Assembly (NCBI GenBank): GCA_964016885.1
Contig: OZ024743.1
Location: forward strand, 344,472,001 to 344,536,000
Length of the DNA stretch: 64,000 nt
Reading direction: 5' to 3'
DNA from: Eledone cirrhosa
Lineage: Eukaryota
Made by a program: the position numbers and the translations under genes. Below the pieces are notes generated by a model, which worked only from the letters and a program-made list of their open reading frames with translations, did not search any database and had not been told where the DNA came from. Below, piece after piece: positions 11,956-24,485 of the stretch. Numbering within the stretch: the stretch's first letter is position 1; each line of letters opens with the position of its first letter.

Positions 11956-14900
11956 ATGGCTATGCTAAGAGTAGGCTGTTTAAATGCGCGTGGCCTGGGC
12001 TCAACTTGGAAGCAAGCAATGCTTCTAAATGACCTCAGGTCACAACGTATAGATGTGATGGTTATTTGCGAGGCCCGGATCAGCAACGTGCGACAGCTGG
12101 CCCCCACTTTTGATGACTTTGAGATGCACGCATCTCTCTGTCCGCCCGGAGGTGGGGGTGGAGTTGTCGTTCTGCTGCAAAAACATCTGGTTCTCGCAAC
12201 ACAGATGGTACATTTGGACCCGGAGGGTCGACTAGTGGTTCTGGACCTTGGCAGTGGTAAAGGCGGAGCGTTTAGGTTGGTAGCCGCCTACGGCCCTTTC
12301 GGGTCAATGCGGCCGGACTTCTTCCATCGTCTGGAGACTTTTCTAGGGACGTCCCGCTCCTTGCTATTAGTGGGGGACTGGAATGGTATCCTAGATGCAC
12401 GCTGGGACTACGTAGGGGCCTGCCCCGATAGAGAGGGGTGTAATAGCCTCAAAGGGTTAATCGGTCGATTTGACCTGGCCGATAGATATCGACTAGATTT
12501 TCCGACTGCGCCAACCTGGACTTGGGCAAATCGTAGCGGATCATCTAGGTCGTACCTAGATAGGTTCTTAGTTAGAATTAAGGATAAGGACTTTTTAAGT
12601 TGTCCAAAAATGCGCATGGTTGGCTATTCAGACCACAAATTAGTGACCTGCATGGTCAACCTTGACAGAACCCATAGACAGGGCCCCGGTTACTGGAAGC
12701 TCAACTTGTCCTTGCCGGCAAGTAGAGCCTACAGGAATCGGATTAGTACGTTAGTTAAGGAACGGTTGACTGGAGCGATCGTCAACAGCAGGTGGTGGGT
12801 ATCTCTAAAGAGAGAGATTAGAGTAGTCTCGATAGAATTTAGTAAGGCTCTAGCTGCGGATAGGAATAGGAAGGAAAGGGAGCTAATAGATAGAGTAGAA
12901 GAGGCAATTAGAAGCGGCGACGTGGCCAGAGTGCTAGCGTCGAGAACGGCTTTGAGCCAGTTTTTCGACGCGAAGCACGAAGGCTGCGTTGTCCGAAGTA
13001 AAATACGTGCTCTAGGGAACGAGGGGACCAAAGCTGTTAGCTGGGCCCGCGTGACAGAGGCCAACAGTGGAACTAAATCCTCCATCCGGTCTTTGCGAGA
13101 CCTGGATGGACGGGCGATTCTTGAGCCTAAGCAGATGTGTGAGGCCTTTCAAAGGCACTTTGCCCGACTGTTCGGGAGGGGCGGGGAGCCGGTTGGGAAC
13201 GTGGACTTCGGTCCATACCTCGACGGCCTGCCGCGCCTCTCGGACAGGGAGGCGAAGTCCTGCGAGGAGCCGATTTCGGCCGCTGAGATAGAGGACGTGC
13301 TGAGCCAATGCGGCAAACGCAAATCCCCGGGTCTCGATGGTCTTCCTTACGAATTATATCTAGCTATGCCGGACTTGTTCCCCGATCTCCTCGAGGCGGT
13401 CTACTGCAACTGGCAACAGAACGGGAGAATTCCCTGTACTGTGACCAAGGGCGTAGTCACGCTAGTGAGGAAGGACGAGAACAAGGGGGACGAAATAAGT
13501 AACTTCAGGCCCATAACACTGCTAAATACAGAGTTACAGATTTTGGCCAAGGTGCTAGCAAAGAGGTTGGCGCTTGTCGTGGGCAACCTGGTGGGAGATG
13601 CGCAGACATGCGCTATCCCGTCCAGGTCCATCCATGACAACCTCCACCTCATGCGATACATCATAGAGAGGGTTGGGAACGAACCCGGCTTTGGTGGGGC
13701 TCTGATCAACTTGGATCAATCTAAGGCGTTCGATAGGGTCGACCATGGTTACCTGGATGCGGTGCTAGCGGCGGCAGGCTTCGGACCCGTTTTCAGAGGC
13801 TGGATCACTGCTATGCACAGCAGCCGCATCTGCTCTAGGGTCAAGGTGAACGGCTACCTCTCGGAGCCGTTCAAAATCGCGCGGTCCATCCGACAAGGGT
13901 GCCCTCTCTCCTCCCTTCTGTATGTGTTGACTCTCGAGCCACTACTGCGGAAGTTGGAGTTGTTGCAGGGCATCCCCTTGGAACCGGGATTGCGGAAAGC
14001 GGTGTCGGCCTACGCCGATGACGTGACAGTAATGGTGTCGACGGCCTCCGAAATCGAGGCGGTCGGCACCTTACTGGAGGAGTACGAAAGGTTCACAGGG
14101 GCGAAGCTGAACCGGGACAAGTCGATCGGTTTGCAACTCGGCACGTGGAGGGGCAGACCGATGCCCTCCGATAGCGTCGTCGGACGCTGGACGGAGGGCC
14201 CGGTGAAGTTGCTCGGGGTCTGGTTCGGACCGGACCTCCAGGTGGAGACAAACTGGGCGGAGGTTACGAACAGGGTGTTTGCACTGACCCAGAAGTGGGC
14301 CAGTTGCAAACTATCCCTGAAAGGTCGGGCGGAAGTGGCGAACACCTACATAGCGTCCGTCATCTACTACCGCCTGACCGTAGTGCCCTGCCCAAGGGAA
14401 ACCCTCACCAAGATGGAGCGCGCGCTCTTCCAATTCCTTTGGAAGAGGCGGGCTCCTATGGTGAGGAGATCCATCTGCTGTCAACACCCTTCGAAAGGAG
14501 GGCTGGGGATGCCGTGGCTAATGATGCGTAAACACGCATTAAGGCTACGGCACCTCTACGTATTCCTCACCGGACAACCGGTGTGGGCCTCGTTTGTGAG
14601 ACGAACCTTTCCCAGACTCGTCTCACTCACCGAGCTGCAATCCTGGGTCAAGCAAAGACCGAGAAAACTGGGCGCCTGGCACACTGAGTGTGCCCAGGCG
14701 CTCACCGCCCTCTGGCAGGCGGATCCGGTTATCAGTGGAGACTCCACCGCAACATTCTATAGAGGGCTGGTACGCAGCAGGTGCGACGACGCCCTCGGAG
14801 AAGCCCTAGACATGGAGGAGGACGAACTGGCCAGCCTGTTCGGTAGGACATTCAGCCCAGGACCTATGGACAATTTCCAGAAGTCCCTGGCCTGGCAGTG

Positions 14901-15393
14901 CTACCGAGGGGCTTTACCCGTTCGAGAAAGGCTCTACAGACACGGGCGCCCGGGTAGGGACCCCGCCAAAAAGATCTGTCCCAGATGCGTGTGCGACGAG
15001 GAAACCGTTGCACACGCATTGGTACACTGCTCGGGCGTAGCCGATCTGTGGGGCTATGTCGAACAACTGCTGTCAAGGGTGGGACCGATCCGGTTGACCA
15101 CCGAGTCTATTGTAATGATCAAGCCGCCTCCCCCCTTCAAAGATGAAGCAGAGGCGGTGTTTCTGTGCGTAATAGCCATGGCGAAAGAGGTTGTATGGTG
15201 GACGCGTCTGAAAGGACTGAGGTCAGGCACCTTTCTCTCTGGCCAACAACTGGTCCGTTTCTTCCGATATCATTTCGGAAGAAGGATCAGGATGGAGAGA
15301 GAGGTGCTGCACTCCAGCCGTTTCTATGAAAGATGGGTGAAAGTGGCGAGAATGGCCCGTGTGAATGGGCCTTCACTCTACATCAGACTATAG
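11956..15393 (+). CDS. Intact ORF2p: APE endonuclease - reverse transcriptase - C-terminal Zn motif (1145 aa)
   Basis: CLNARGL, GDWN, YLDRFL, SDH (APE); KSPGLDG, DQSKAFDRV, QGCPLS, YADD (RT); CPRC..H..C. ATG in CACCAACATGG context. Confidence 0.96.
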   Translation: MAMLRVGCLNARGLGSTWKQAMLLNDLRSQRIDVMVICEARISNVRQLAPTFDDFEMHASLCPPGGGGGVVVLLQKHLVLATQMVHLDPEGRLVVLDLGSGKGGAFRLVAAYGPFGSMRPDFFHRLETFLGTSRSLLLVGDWNGILDARWDYVGACPDREGCNSLKGLIGRFDLADRYRLDFPTAPTWTWANRSGSSRSYLDRFLVRIKDKDFLSCPKMRMVGYSDHKLVTCMVNLDRTHRQGPGYWKLNLSLPASRAYRNRISTLVKERLTGAIVNSRWWVSLKREIRVVSIEFSKALAADRNRKERELIDRVEEAIRSGDVARVLASRTALSQFFDAKHEGCVVRSKIRALGNEGTKAVSWARVTEANSGTKSSIRSLRDLDGRAILEPKQMCEAFQRHFARLFGRGGEPVGNVDFGPYLDGLPRLSDREAKSCEEPISAAEIEDVLSQCGKRKSPGLDGLPYELYLAMPDLFPDLLEAVYCNWQQNGRIPCTVTKGVVTLVRKDENKGDEISNFRPITLLNTELQILAKVLAKRLALVVGNLVGDAQTCAIPSRSIHDNLHLMRYIIERVGNEPGFGGALINLDQSKAFDRVDHGYLDAVLAAAGFGPVFRGWITAMHSSRICSRVKVNGYLSEPFKIARSIRQGCPLSSLLYVLTLEPLLRKLELLQGIPLEPGLRKAVSAYADDVTVMVSTASEIEAVGTLLEEYERFTGAKLNRDKSIGLQLGTWRGRPMPSDSVVGRWTEGPVKLLGVWFGPDLQVETNWAEVTNRVFALTQKWASCKLSLKGRAEVANTYIASVIYYRLTVVPCPRETLTKMERALFQFLWKRRAPMVRRSICCQHPSKGGLGMPWLMMRKHALRLRHLYVFLTGQPVWASFVRRTFPRLVSLTELQSWVKQRPRKLGAWHTECAQALTALWQADPVISGDSTATFYRGLVRSRCDDALGEALDMEEDELASLFGRTFSPGPMDNFQKSLAWQCYRGALPVRERLYRHGRPGRDPAKKICPRCVCDEETVAHALVHCSGVADLWGYVEQLLSRVGPIRLTTESIVMIKPPPPFKDEAEAVFLCVIAMAKEVVWWTRLKGLRSGTFLSGQQLVRFFRYHFGRRIRMEREVLHSSRFYERWVKVARMARVNGPSLYIRL

Positions 15394-15674
15394 GTGAGGA
15401 AGATGAAAGACCAAGGGAGCACCCCTTCTCTGTGCTCCTGAGGAGAAGGGTTGCACACTTTTTTCGGGGGTGTGTGCGACCCCCCAAGGCGCCTCCTCTC
15501 TATTGAGGATTTTGTTAAAAATTTTATTTTTTGTTATATCTTATTTTATTTTTATATTTTGTTATTGCCTCCTCCTTATTGAGGACGCCTTTTTGTGTAA
15601 ACTCCCCCCTTTGTACTTGTCCCACTTTTGATGCCCTAGTGGCAAATAAAAGAAACATATCTATCTATCTATCT

Positions 15675-16034
15675 CAAATATTATTTTGGAAGAAGAATCA
15701 GGATGGAGAGAGAGGTGCTGTACCCCAGCAAATTTTATAAAAGGTGGGTGAATGTGGCAAAGATGTCCCGAGTGGTTGGGTCTTCTCTCTATATAAGCCT
15801 GTAGGTTGAGGAAACAGAGGAAGAGAGGAGGGGAGTACTCACTCTTGTTGCTCCTGGAGATGAGGGTTGCACATTTTTCGGGGTGTGTACAAGTCCTGTG
15901 TAACGCCTCCCCCTTATTGGGAATTTCAATTGTTATTTATTATTTTATTAATAGTTTTATTTTCATATACTTGTATGTAAACTGCCCATTTGTATTTGTC
16001 CCCTTCTTTTGTGCCCTTGTGGCTAATAAAGAAA
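15675..16034 (+). mobile_element. Tx1-like 3' stub of a fifth family (E)
   Basis: Last codons of ORF2, then CTGTAG|GTTGAGG, then a divergent 3' UTR. TATC on both sides. Confidence 0.88.
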
Positions 16035-16272
16035 TTTATCTATCTTTCTATCTATCTATCTATCTATCTATCTACCTATGTATCTATGTATCTATCTCTC
16101 TGACTGTCTATCTATCAATTTCTAAATCACTTTATCTCTCTGCCTGCCTGTCTGTCTACCTGCCTTTCTGTTTGTCTGTCTGCCTCTCTGTCTACTTGAC
16201 TTGTCTGTCTGTCTGTCTGTTTATCTATTTCTCCATCCACCCATCTATTCACCCATCTATCTATCCATCCAT

Positions 16273-16308
<36 letters not shown>

Positions 16309-16315
16309 ATATATA

Positions 16316-16350
<35 letters not shown>

Positions 16351-16351
<1 letters not shown>

Positions 16352-16432
16352 ATTTTACACGTTTTTATTGTATGTAAACTTCCCCCTTTGTATTTGTCCC
16401 CTTCTTTTGTGCCCCTGTGGCTAATAAAGAAA
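16351..16432 (+). mobile_element. Tx1-like family B 3'-terminal stub (~80 bp)
   Basis: Matches the last ~80 nt of element B. TATC on both sides. Confidence 0.88.
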
Positions 16433-16669
16433 TATATCTATCTATCTATCAGACATGTGTAACTTCGCGGAGAAGTTTCCGTTAATTTATGTAAGAAAAA
16501 AACGTGAGTTTTTAGTTAAATTTTATATCATTGTGTAACTTGACCACCCGTCTGGACCTTCAGGTGGTGGGTCAACTCATTTTTGCCCCCTACAGGGGCG
16601 GAATATCCATTTAAAAAAATTTTTCTCCATCGAATCTTGGAAAAAATATTGTAAAATTTTGATTACGTT

Positions 16670-18586
16670 ATGAACGCTGCGTCCAACGATAATGGTGGTG
16701 GAGAGGCGGTAAGACTACAAAGCTCGCAGTCAACAACGTCTTCTTCACTAGATACTATAGAGATGGAAAGACAAAATGAAAATAAAAAAACGAATTCATA
16801 TCTAAACAACACAAATGACACCAAACCGTTCAATGACAACAAAAATAACAGCAAAACCAATAATGATGATAAAAGCAACAATGATAACAACAACAAAGAA
16901 AAAAATAAAGACAACGCCAATAACACCAGCATCAAAGACAACAACAACACCAAGGAAAATACGGATGATACCAACATCGGTGACAACAAGAATAACAACA
17001 AGAATAACAACAATAATGACAACACCACCAATACGGATTCCACAAAGAAACCAAAAATCTCCTTTGCAGAGAAAGTTCAAAAGAAAGAACAATTGATATA
17101 TCTCGACATAACAAATGCTGAACAACTTTTAAAGGACGCTAAGAGATATGTCACTTTCGATAAAAATGGTGCTTTCAGCATCAATTCTCCGGTAGAAATT
17201 CGCAAGGAAACTGCTCTCAAAACGATAGTTTTTAGGACAGTTTCCAATTCTACCCGAAAACCAGTCCAATTGTCGCAGAAAGAAATTGAACAGGTTTTCA
17301 AAAATTCAATGAATGATATTGCATTCATTCAAAGAAGCAAACTTTTTGGGAGTATTTCGGTACTGATGAAGGATCAATTGACGGCCCAAAATTACTCTGT
17401 GTCGCCAATTGTATCCAACCTGTACACCTTTTTCCCTACATACATGGGAAAAAGGACACAAAAGATCAGAATCACAAGTGTCACACCAAAGGTGAACATA
17501 TGGTGGATACTGTGCGGCTTCATCAATTTTGATGAAGATAGAATACTGTCAGTAGGAAAGTCCCCCAGAGATGTATTCAATGGGACTAGCATTGAAGTTC
17601 TGGTGCAAATGAGCCCAGAGCGAATAGCTATGATCCCACAGCGTGTACTCCTGGACGGACTCACCTACATAAACCTTTCGGTTGAGGGTAGGCGGCCTTC
17701 ATGTTACCATTGCTTTAGCAGGGGTCACCTGAGGGCTTCCTGTCCTAAACTAATGAACCAAAAAAAGGCTCTTCTGCCGACACCCATCAAAACAACACAA
17801 GCACCAACACCACCACAACAACAACAACACCAACACACAAAAATAACCACAACAAACACAGTCCCACCCAACCCCATTCCACCTAAAACCACTGCAAAAT
17901 CACATACAGACACAACAGCTCCCCAAGACATACCCCTCCCCAATCACACAGACGATACAACAGATGAGGCTATCTCGCCATCACCCAGTGAAGACGAGGG
18001 AGAACCCCATCGCTCGAAAAGAAAGAAAAGACATCACAAAAGCAAAAAACCAGCAAACACTACCACAAACATACAACCACCAACACAAACAACAAAAATA
18101 TCACAAACAAAACCCCCACCTCCTGAAAACAAAATACCTACAACAAAACGAAAGCACACCCAAGAACTACAGACAAAAACAAACACAACACAAGAAAATT
18201 ACACTTACACTTACATAAACACTGAAAACAAAACACTAATGGAGACCATCACGAACGACCCTTCGGTTCTCACCGAAGGGAAAACTTTCGCCCACTCTAT
18301 AAAAAATAGCAAAAAACTGAACCTAAAACTGATTAGGGTCCCTATACAAACTTATAGGTCCCTAAAAGAAACATTTGAGAAGGATGTGGGTAATTCCTGC
18401 GTGAAACCACTCAACCGCGTCCTTCTCAAATGCCTCCCCACCCAAGACACCCCCATCCCACCAGACCCCACCCCACCAAACATCTGCGTCCCCACCCCGC
18501 CGGAAACCACCACCCATCCAGACAATCCCTCCAACACCCCCATGGAAATCGTGCGGCCTGGTCCCCAGGAGGCGAAGGGTGAGTGA
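16670..18586 (+). CDS. Intact ORF1p, 638 aa (CCHC knuckle)
   Basis: CYHCFSRGHLRASC; shares FPTYMGKRTQKI, WW, VEGRRP and DVG..NRVLLK blocks with the other ORF1s. Confidence 0.92.
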   Translation: MNAASNDNGGGEAVRLQSSQSTTSSSLDTIEMERQNENKKTNSYLNNTNDTKPFNDNKNNSKTNNDDKSNNDNNNKEKNKDNANNTSIKDNNNTKENTDDTNIGDNKNNNKNNNNNDNTTNTDSTKKPKISFAEKVQKKEQLIYLDITNAEQLLKDAKRYVTFDKNGAFSINSPVEIRKETALKTIVFRTVSNSTRKPVQLSQKEIEQVFKNSMNDIAFIQRSKLFGSISVLMKDQLTAQNYSVSPIVSNLYTFFPTYMGKRTQKIRITSVTPKVNIWWILCGFINFDEDRILSVGKSPRDVFNGTSIEVLVQMSPERIAMIPQRVLLDGLTYINLSVEGRRPSCYHCFSRGHLRASCPKLMNQKKALLPTPIKTTQAPTPPQQQQHQHTKITTTNTVPPNPIPPKTTAKSHTDTTAPQDIPLPNHTDDTTDEAISPSPSEDEGEPHRSKRKKRHHKSKKPANTTTNIQPPTQTTKISQTKPPPPENKIPTTKRKHTQELQTKTNTTQENYTYTYINTENKTLMETITNDPSVLTEGKTFAHSIKNSKKLNLKLIRVPIQTYRSLKETFEKDVGNSCVKPLNRVLLKCLPTQDTPIPPDPTPPNICVPTPPETTTHPDNPSNTPMEIVRPGPQEAKGE

Positions 18587-18619
18587 TCTCTTTTCCTCTT
18601 TTAACTTTTCAGCACCAAC

Positions 18620-21600
18620 ATGGCCAATATAAGAGTTGGATGTGTGAACGTACGCGGCCTGGAGATGCCCTGGAAACAGGGCAAACTCTTAAACGACCTC
18701 AGGTCGCACAGTATGGATGTGGTAGCCATTTGCGAGTCCAGGATCCACGGCGAGCGACAGCTGGCCCCCATCTTCGATGACTTTGAGATCTACGCATCTC
18801 TCTGTCAACCGCGGGGTGGGGCGGAGTTGCCGTTTTGCTGCGGAAACACCTGGGCCTCGTAACACAGACGGTACATCTGGACCCGGAGGGTCGACTGGTG
18901 GTCCTAGACGTTGACGGTAGTGAAGGTGGAGCCTTCAGGCTGGTGGCCGCATATGCCCCATCCGGGACACCGCGGCCAGACTTCTTCAAACGTCTAGAGG
19001 CTTTTCTGGGAACGTCCCGCTCCTTGCTTTTAGTGGGGGACTGGAATGGAATCCTAGATGCACGTTGGGACTATGTGGGAGCATGTCCCGATAAAGGGGG
19101 GTGTAACAGCCTCAAACAGTTAATCGACCGATTTGACCTGGCCGATAGATATCGACTAGATTTTCCGACTGCGCCACTGTGGACGTGGAGTAATCGTAGC
19201 GGAACATCTAGATCGTACCTAGATAGGGTTCTAGTTAGAAATAAGGATAGAGACATGTTAAGCTGTCCACAAATGTTCATGGTTGCCTATTCAGATCACA
19301 AACTAGTGACCTGCATGGCCAACCTTGATAGAACCCATAGACAAGGACCCGGCTACTAGAAGCTGAACTTGTCGTTACCGACAAGCAAAGCCTACAGTAG
19401 ACGGATTAGCACTTTAGTTAAACAGCACTTGACAGGGGCCATTGTCAACAACAGATGGTGGTACTCTCTCAAGAGGGTAGTTAGATTAGACTCGATAGTT
19501 TTTAGTAAAGAAATAGCATTAGATAGAAATAGAACCGAGAAGGAACTGGTAGATAAAGTAGAAGAGGCAATTAGAAGTGGCAACGTAGCCAGCGTGCTAG
19601 CAACGAGAACGGCCTTGGACCAGTTCTTCGACGCAAAGCACGAGGGCTGCGTTGTCAGAAGAAAAATACGTGCTCTGGGAAACGAGGGAGCCAAAGTTGT
19701 TAGCTGGGCCCGAGTGACGGAGGCAAAAAGTGGCAACAAGTCCACGATTCGGTCTTTGAAGGACCAAAACGGACGCGTGATACGTGAGCCGAAGCAGATG
19801 TGTGCGGCTTTTCAGCGGCACTTTGCTCGGCTGTTCGGGAGGAGCGGCGCGCCGGGAGAGGCTATGGATTTCGGTCCATACCTCGACGGCCTACCGCGAC
19901 TCTCGGACAGCGGGGCAAAGTTCTGCGAAAAGCCGATTTCAGCCACTGAGATAGGGGACGCGCTGAGCCAATGCGGCAAACGCAAATCTCCAGGTCTCGA
20001 CGGTCTACCCTACGAATTTTACGTAGCAATGCCGGAATTATTCTCCGGTCTCCTGGAAGCGGTCTACTGCAACTGGCAACAGAACGGGAGAATTCCCAGT
20101 TCTGTAACCGGGGGCGTGTTCACACTAATCAGGAAGGACGAGAATAAGGGGGATGACATAGGCAACTTCCGGCCCATAACTCTGCTAAACACAGAGTTAC
20201 AGATTTTGGCCAAGGTGTTGGCAAAGAGGCTGGCGCTTGTCGTCGAGAACCTGGTGGGAGAAGCGCAAACATGCGCAATCCCGACCAGGTCCATACACGA
20301 CAATCTCCACCTCATGCGATACATCATAGAGAGGGTAGGGTGTAAACCCGGCTTCAGTGGGGCCCTGATCAACTTGGATCAGTCTAAGGCTTTCGATAGG
20401 GTTGACCATCGTTACCTGGATGCGGTGCTCGAGGCGGCAGGCTTCGGACCCGTGTTCAAGGGCTGGATCGCTGCAATGCACAACAGCAACATCTGCTCAA
20501 GGGTCAAGGTGAACGGCTACCTCTCGGAGCCGTTCCATATTATGCGATCCATTCGACAGGGATGCCCTCTCTCCTCCCTTCTGTACGTACTGACTCTCGA
20601 GTCACTACTGCGGAAGCTGGAGCTATTGCAGGGCATCCCTCTGGAACCGGGACTGCGGAAAGCGGCGTCGGCCTACGCCGACGACGTGACAGTAATGGTG
20701 TCGAGCGCCTCGCAAATCGAGGAAGTCGGCACCTTACTGAAGGAATACGAAAGTCTCACAGGAGCGAAGCTGAACCGGGACAAGTCCATCGGTTTGCAAC
20801 TCGGATCGTGGAGAGGCAGACCGATGCCTTCCGATGGCGTCGTCGGACGCTGGATGGAAGGACCGGTAAAGCTGCTCGGGGTCTGGTTTGGTCCGGACCT
20901 CCAGGTGGAGAAGAACTGGAACGAAGTGACGGCCAAGGTGTTTGCACTCACCCAGAACTGGGCCGAGTGCAAACTATCCTTGAAAGGTCGAGCGGAGGTG
21001 GCGAAGACTTTTATAGCGTCCGCCATCTACTACCGCTTGACCGTCGTGCCTTGTCCAGCCAAAACGCTCGCCAAAATGGAGCGCGCGCTCTTCCGATTCC
21101 TTTGGAAGAGGCGGGCTCCTTTGGTGAGAAGATCCATCTGCTGCCAACACCCTTCTAACGGAGGGCTGGGGATTCCGTGGTTGACGATGCGCAAACACGC
21201 GCTCAGGCTGCGGCATCTCTACGTATTCCTCACCGGACAACCGGTGTGGGCCCCGTTCGTGTGGCGAGCCTTCCCACGACTCGTCTCGCTGACCGAGCTG
21301 CAGTCCTGGGTCAAGCAAAGACCGAGGAAAATGGGCGACTGGCACATCGAATGTACTCAGGCGCTCACAGCCCTCTGGCAGGCGGACCCGGCGATCAGTG
21401 GAGACTCCACTTCGTCATTCTATAGAGGGTTAGTCCGCAGCAAGTGCGACGACGCGCTCGGTGAAACTCTAGGCGTAGAGGAAGATGAACTGGCCAGTCT
21501 GTTCGGTAGGACCTTCCGCCCGGGACCGATGGACAACTTCTAAAAGTCCCTGGCCTGGCAGTGCTACCGAGGAGCTCTACCAGTTCGAAACAAGCTCTAC

Positions 21601-22056
21601 AGACATGGGCGCCCGGGTAGGGACCCTGCAAAAAAGATCTGTCCGAGGTGCGTGCGAGACGAAGAAACCGTCGCGCACGCATTCATACACTGCCCGGGCG
21701 TAACTGACCTGTGGGGCTATGTAGAACGACTATTGTCGAGGGTGGGACCAGTCCAGTTGACCACCGAGTCCATTGTCATGATCAAACCACCACCCTCCTT
21801 CAAAAACGAAGGAGAGGCGGTTTTCCTTTGTGTGATAGCTATGGCGAAAGAGGTTGTATGGTGGACAAGGTTGAAAGGGCTGAGGTCAGACACCTTTCTC
21901 TCCGGCCAACAACTGATTCTTTTTTTCAAATACCACTTTGGAAGAATAATCAGGATGGAGAGAGAGGTGCTGTACCCCAGCAAGTTTTATGAAAGGTGGG
22001 TGAAAGTGGCGAGAATGGCCCGAGTGAATGGGCCTTCTCTCTATATCAGCCTGTAG
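18620..22056 (+). pseudogene. ORF2 (APE-RT), disrupted
   Basis: Frameshift near 18815; stops at 19357 (TAG) and 21541 (TAA); otherwise collinear with A1 ORF2. Confidence 0.92.
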
Positions 22057-22296
22057 GTTGAGGAAAAGGAGGAGGAGAGGAAGGGAGTACAAACTCTTCG
22101 TACTCCCGGAGATGAGGGTTGCACATTTTTTTTCGGGGGTATGTGTTACCCATATAAACTGTCTCCCTCTATTGGGGAAAATCGACTAACTTTTTAAATT
22201 CCATCTGTGATAACATTTTACACGTTTTTATTGTATGTAAACTTCCCCCTTTGTATTTGTCCCCTTCTTTTGTGCCCCTGTGGCTAATAAAGAAAT

Positions 22297-22382
<86 letters not shown>

Positions 22383-22592
22383 GTCTAACGTGTGGAATAT
22401 CGCCGGTAAGTTTTTTGTTAATTTCTATGCAAAAAACCGATCTAATTGTTTGAAAAAAATACAACACTTTGTAGATTAACCCCCAAGCTGAATTGTCAGC
22501 TGGGTGGTAATCCCATTTTTCGCCCCTGTAGGGGCGAAAATTTTATTTAAAAGTTTGTCTTAAAATATCAAATTTTACAAAGTAAAAAAAAC

Positions 22593-24444
22593 TTGAGCAA
22601 CACTAGAACGCTGGAGAACGTTAATAGTGAAAAGAGAGAGAAAGAGGCAGATATTAACGTTATATCTGCTTCTGCTGCTATGGACGTTGCCATAGATACT
22701 GTCACAAAAGAAAAAAATATATCAACATTTGAAAATGTTACAATTTCTACCGCCGAAGCGGAGAAAAATGACAATAACACACGGGAAAACACGGCAAAAA
22801 AACCCATTGACATACATACACATGAAAAAGACATCAACAACTCTACAGATACATCTACACATAAAATTTCCAACAACGATAACATCATTATTAACAACAA
22901 CATCACACAAAAAAAGAAAATGTCTTTTGCTGACACAGTCAACAAGAAACAAGATTTTGTAAATCTTGATATCTCCAACGCAAGAGATATGCTCCAGCAA
23001 GGGAGAAAATTTGTAACTTTCGAAGAAAGAGGTGGGTTTAGAATTAACTCACCCCTTGAAATAAAGAAAGACACAAACCGCCGATCAGTCACTTTTAGGA
23101 CTGTGTCAAATTCGTCAAGAAAACCGACATTTGTTAATCAGTCAGATATAGAAGATTCTTTCAAGGAGATTCTAGCAAATGTCGATTTTCTCCAGCGAGG
23201 AAAACAGTACGGAAGTGTTTCCGTACTGTTTAAAAGCGAGACACTGGCCCCAAAAAACTCTGTGACACCAATAGTGTCAAAAGCATACACCTTTTTCCCT
23301 ACATACATGGGGAAAAGGACACAAAAAATAAAAATAAAAAACATACCTCCAAGCATTAACATCTGGTGGATCTTGGCTGGCTTCGTAGAGCCAGAAACAG
23401 ACATAATACTTTCGATACGAAAATCCATCCGACAAAGGTGGGCGGGCACCGATTTGGAGATTCTGTTGCAAATGAAACCGGAGAGAATCTCCAAAATACC
23501 CGAAAGAGTCGTTATTGATAATAACAACAAAATAAACATTTCGGTAGAAGGAAGAAAATTTCACTGCTTTCGCTGTGGTAGCACATCTCACCTAAAAGCC
23601 TCTTGTCCACAAACACACAACAGCAACATCATAAAAAAAACGCTATTACCAACACCAACACCAAAACAACCACCACCACCACCACAAGTACAACGACAGA
23701 CGAAACGAGCAACCATACCAAAACAAACAGACACTCAACCAACAACAACAGAAAAAACAGAGACAACACCCCTGAAGAACACATCCCCACTCCATCCCAC
23801 TCCATCAAACACTACCACAAACACACATACCGAAACACCACCACCACCACACAACATACCCTTACCCCACACACCTGACGATGATTATTCATCGACGGAT
23901 GAAGCTGCTTCTCCTTATTTAAGTGAAGAAGAGGGAGAACCGCGGAAATCCAAAAAACAAAAAAAGAGACACCACAAAACCCCCAAAACTCCAATCACCA
24001 ACACCAACACAAACAACACCACAGTCAAACACCCCCCTATCAGCAAAACCAGCACCAACACCACCCCAAACACAAGCACCCACCATAAAAAGAAAACTCC
24101 CAGATGAACAACAAACTAAAACAATACAACAAAAACACAAACAACAATACGCATACATCAACACAAACAACAAGAGTTTGATGGAGGTCATCTCCCAAAA
24201 CCCCAAGGTGGAGACGGAGGGCAAAACTTTCGTCAAGGGAGAATCGTCTCCACTCCTTAAACTTATAAGGGTTTCTATGGAAACCTATAAAGACCTGAAA
24301 ATTAAATTTTCACAGGACGTGGGCAACCCCTGCCACAAACCCATCAACCGCGTCCTGTTGAAAGGTTTCCCCACCCCACCCAACACCCCATCCAGCACCC
24401 AAATGGAGATTGAACAACCCGATCTCCAGGAAACGAAAAGGTAA
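22593..24444 (+). pseudogene. ORF1p with one frameshift; start uncertain (TTG 22593 or ATG 22680)
   Basis: CFRCGSTSHLKASC knuckle. The conserved C-terminal block lies in the second frame (23923-24444). Confidence 0.85.
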
Positions 24445-24485
24445 GTGCACCTTTCGTCCTTTTTCTCCAACTTTTCTTCACCAAC

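Larger units (their letters stand above)
16451..22297 (+). mobile_element. Full-length Tx1-like LINE, family B
   Basis: Same architecture as A with a divergent ORF1. Bounded by (TATC)n. Confidence 0.95.

Noticed and set aside
12408-14345. Antisense ORFs recurring in each Tx1 copy
   Set aside because: They are shadows of the conserved ORF2 codons, short, and without recognisable motifs.
18579-18612. 34 nt GTGAGT...TTTTCAG mini-intron that might fuse ORF1 to ORF2 in family B
   Set aside because: Removal leaves ORF2 out of frame, it is very short, and the other families have no equivalent AG before the ORF2 ATG.
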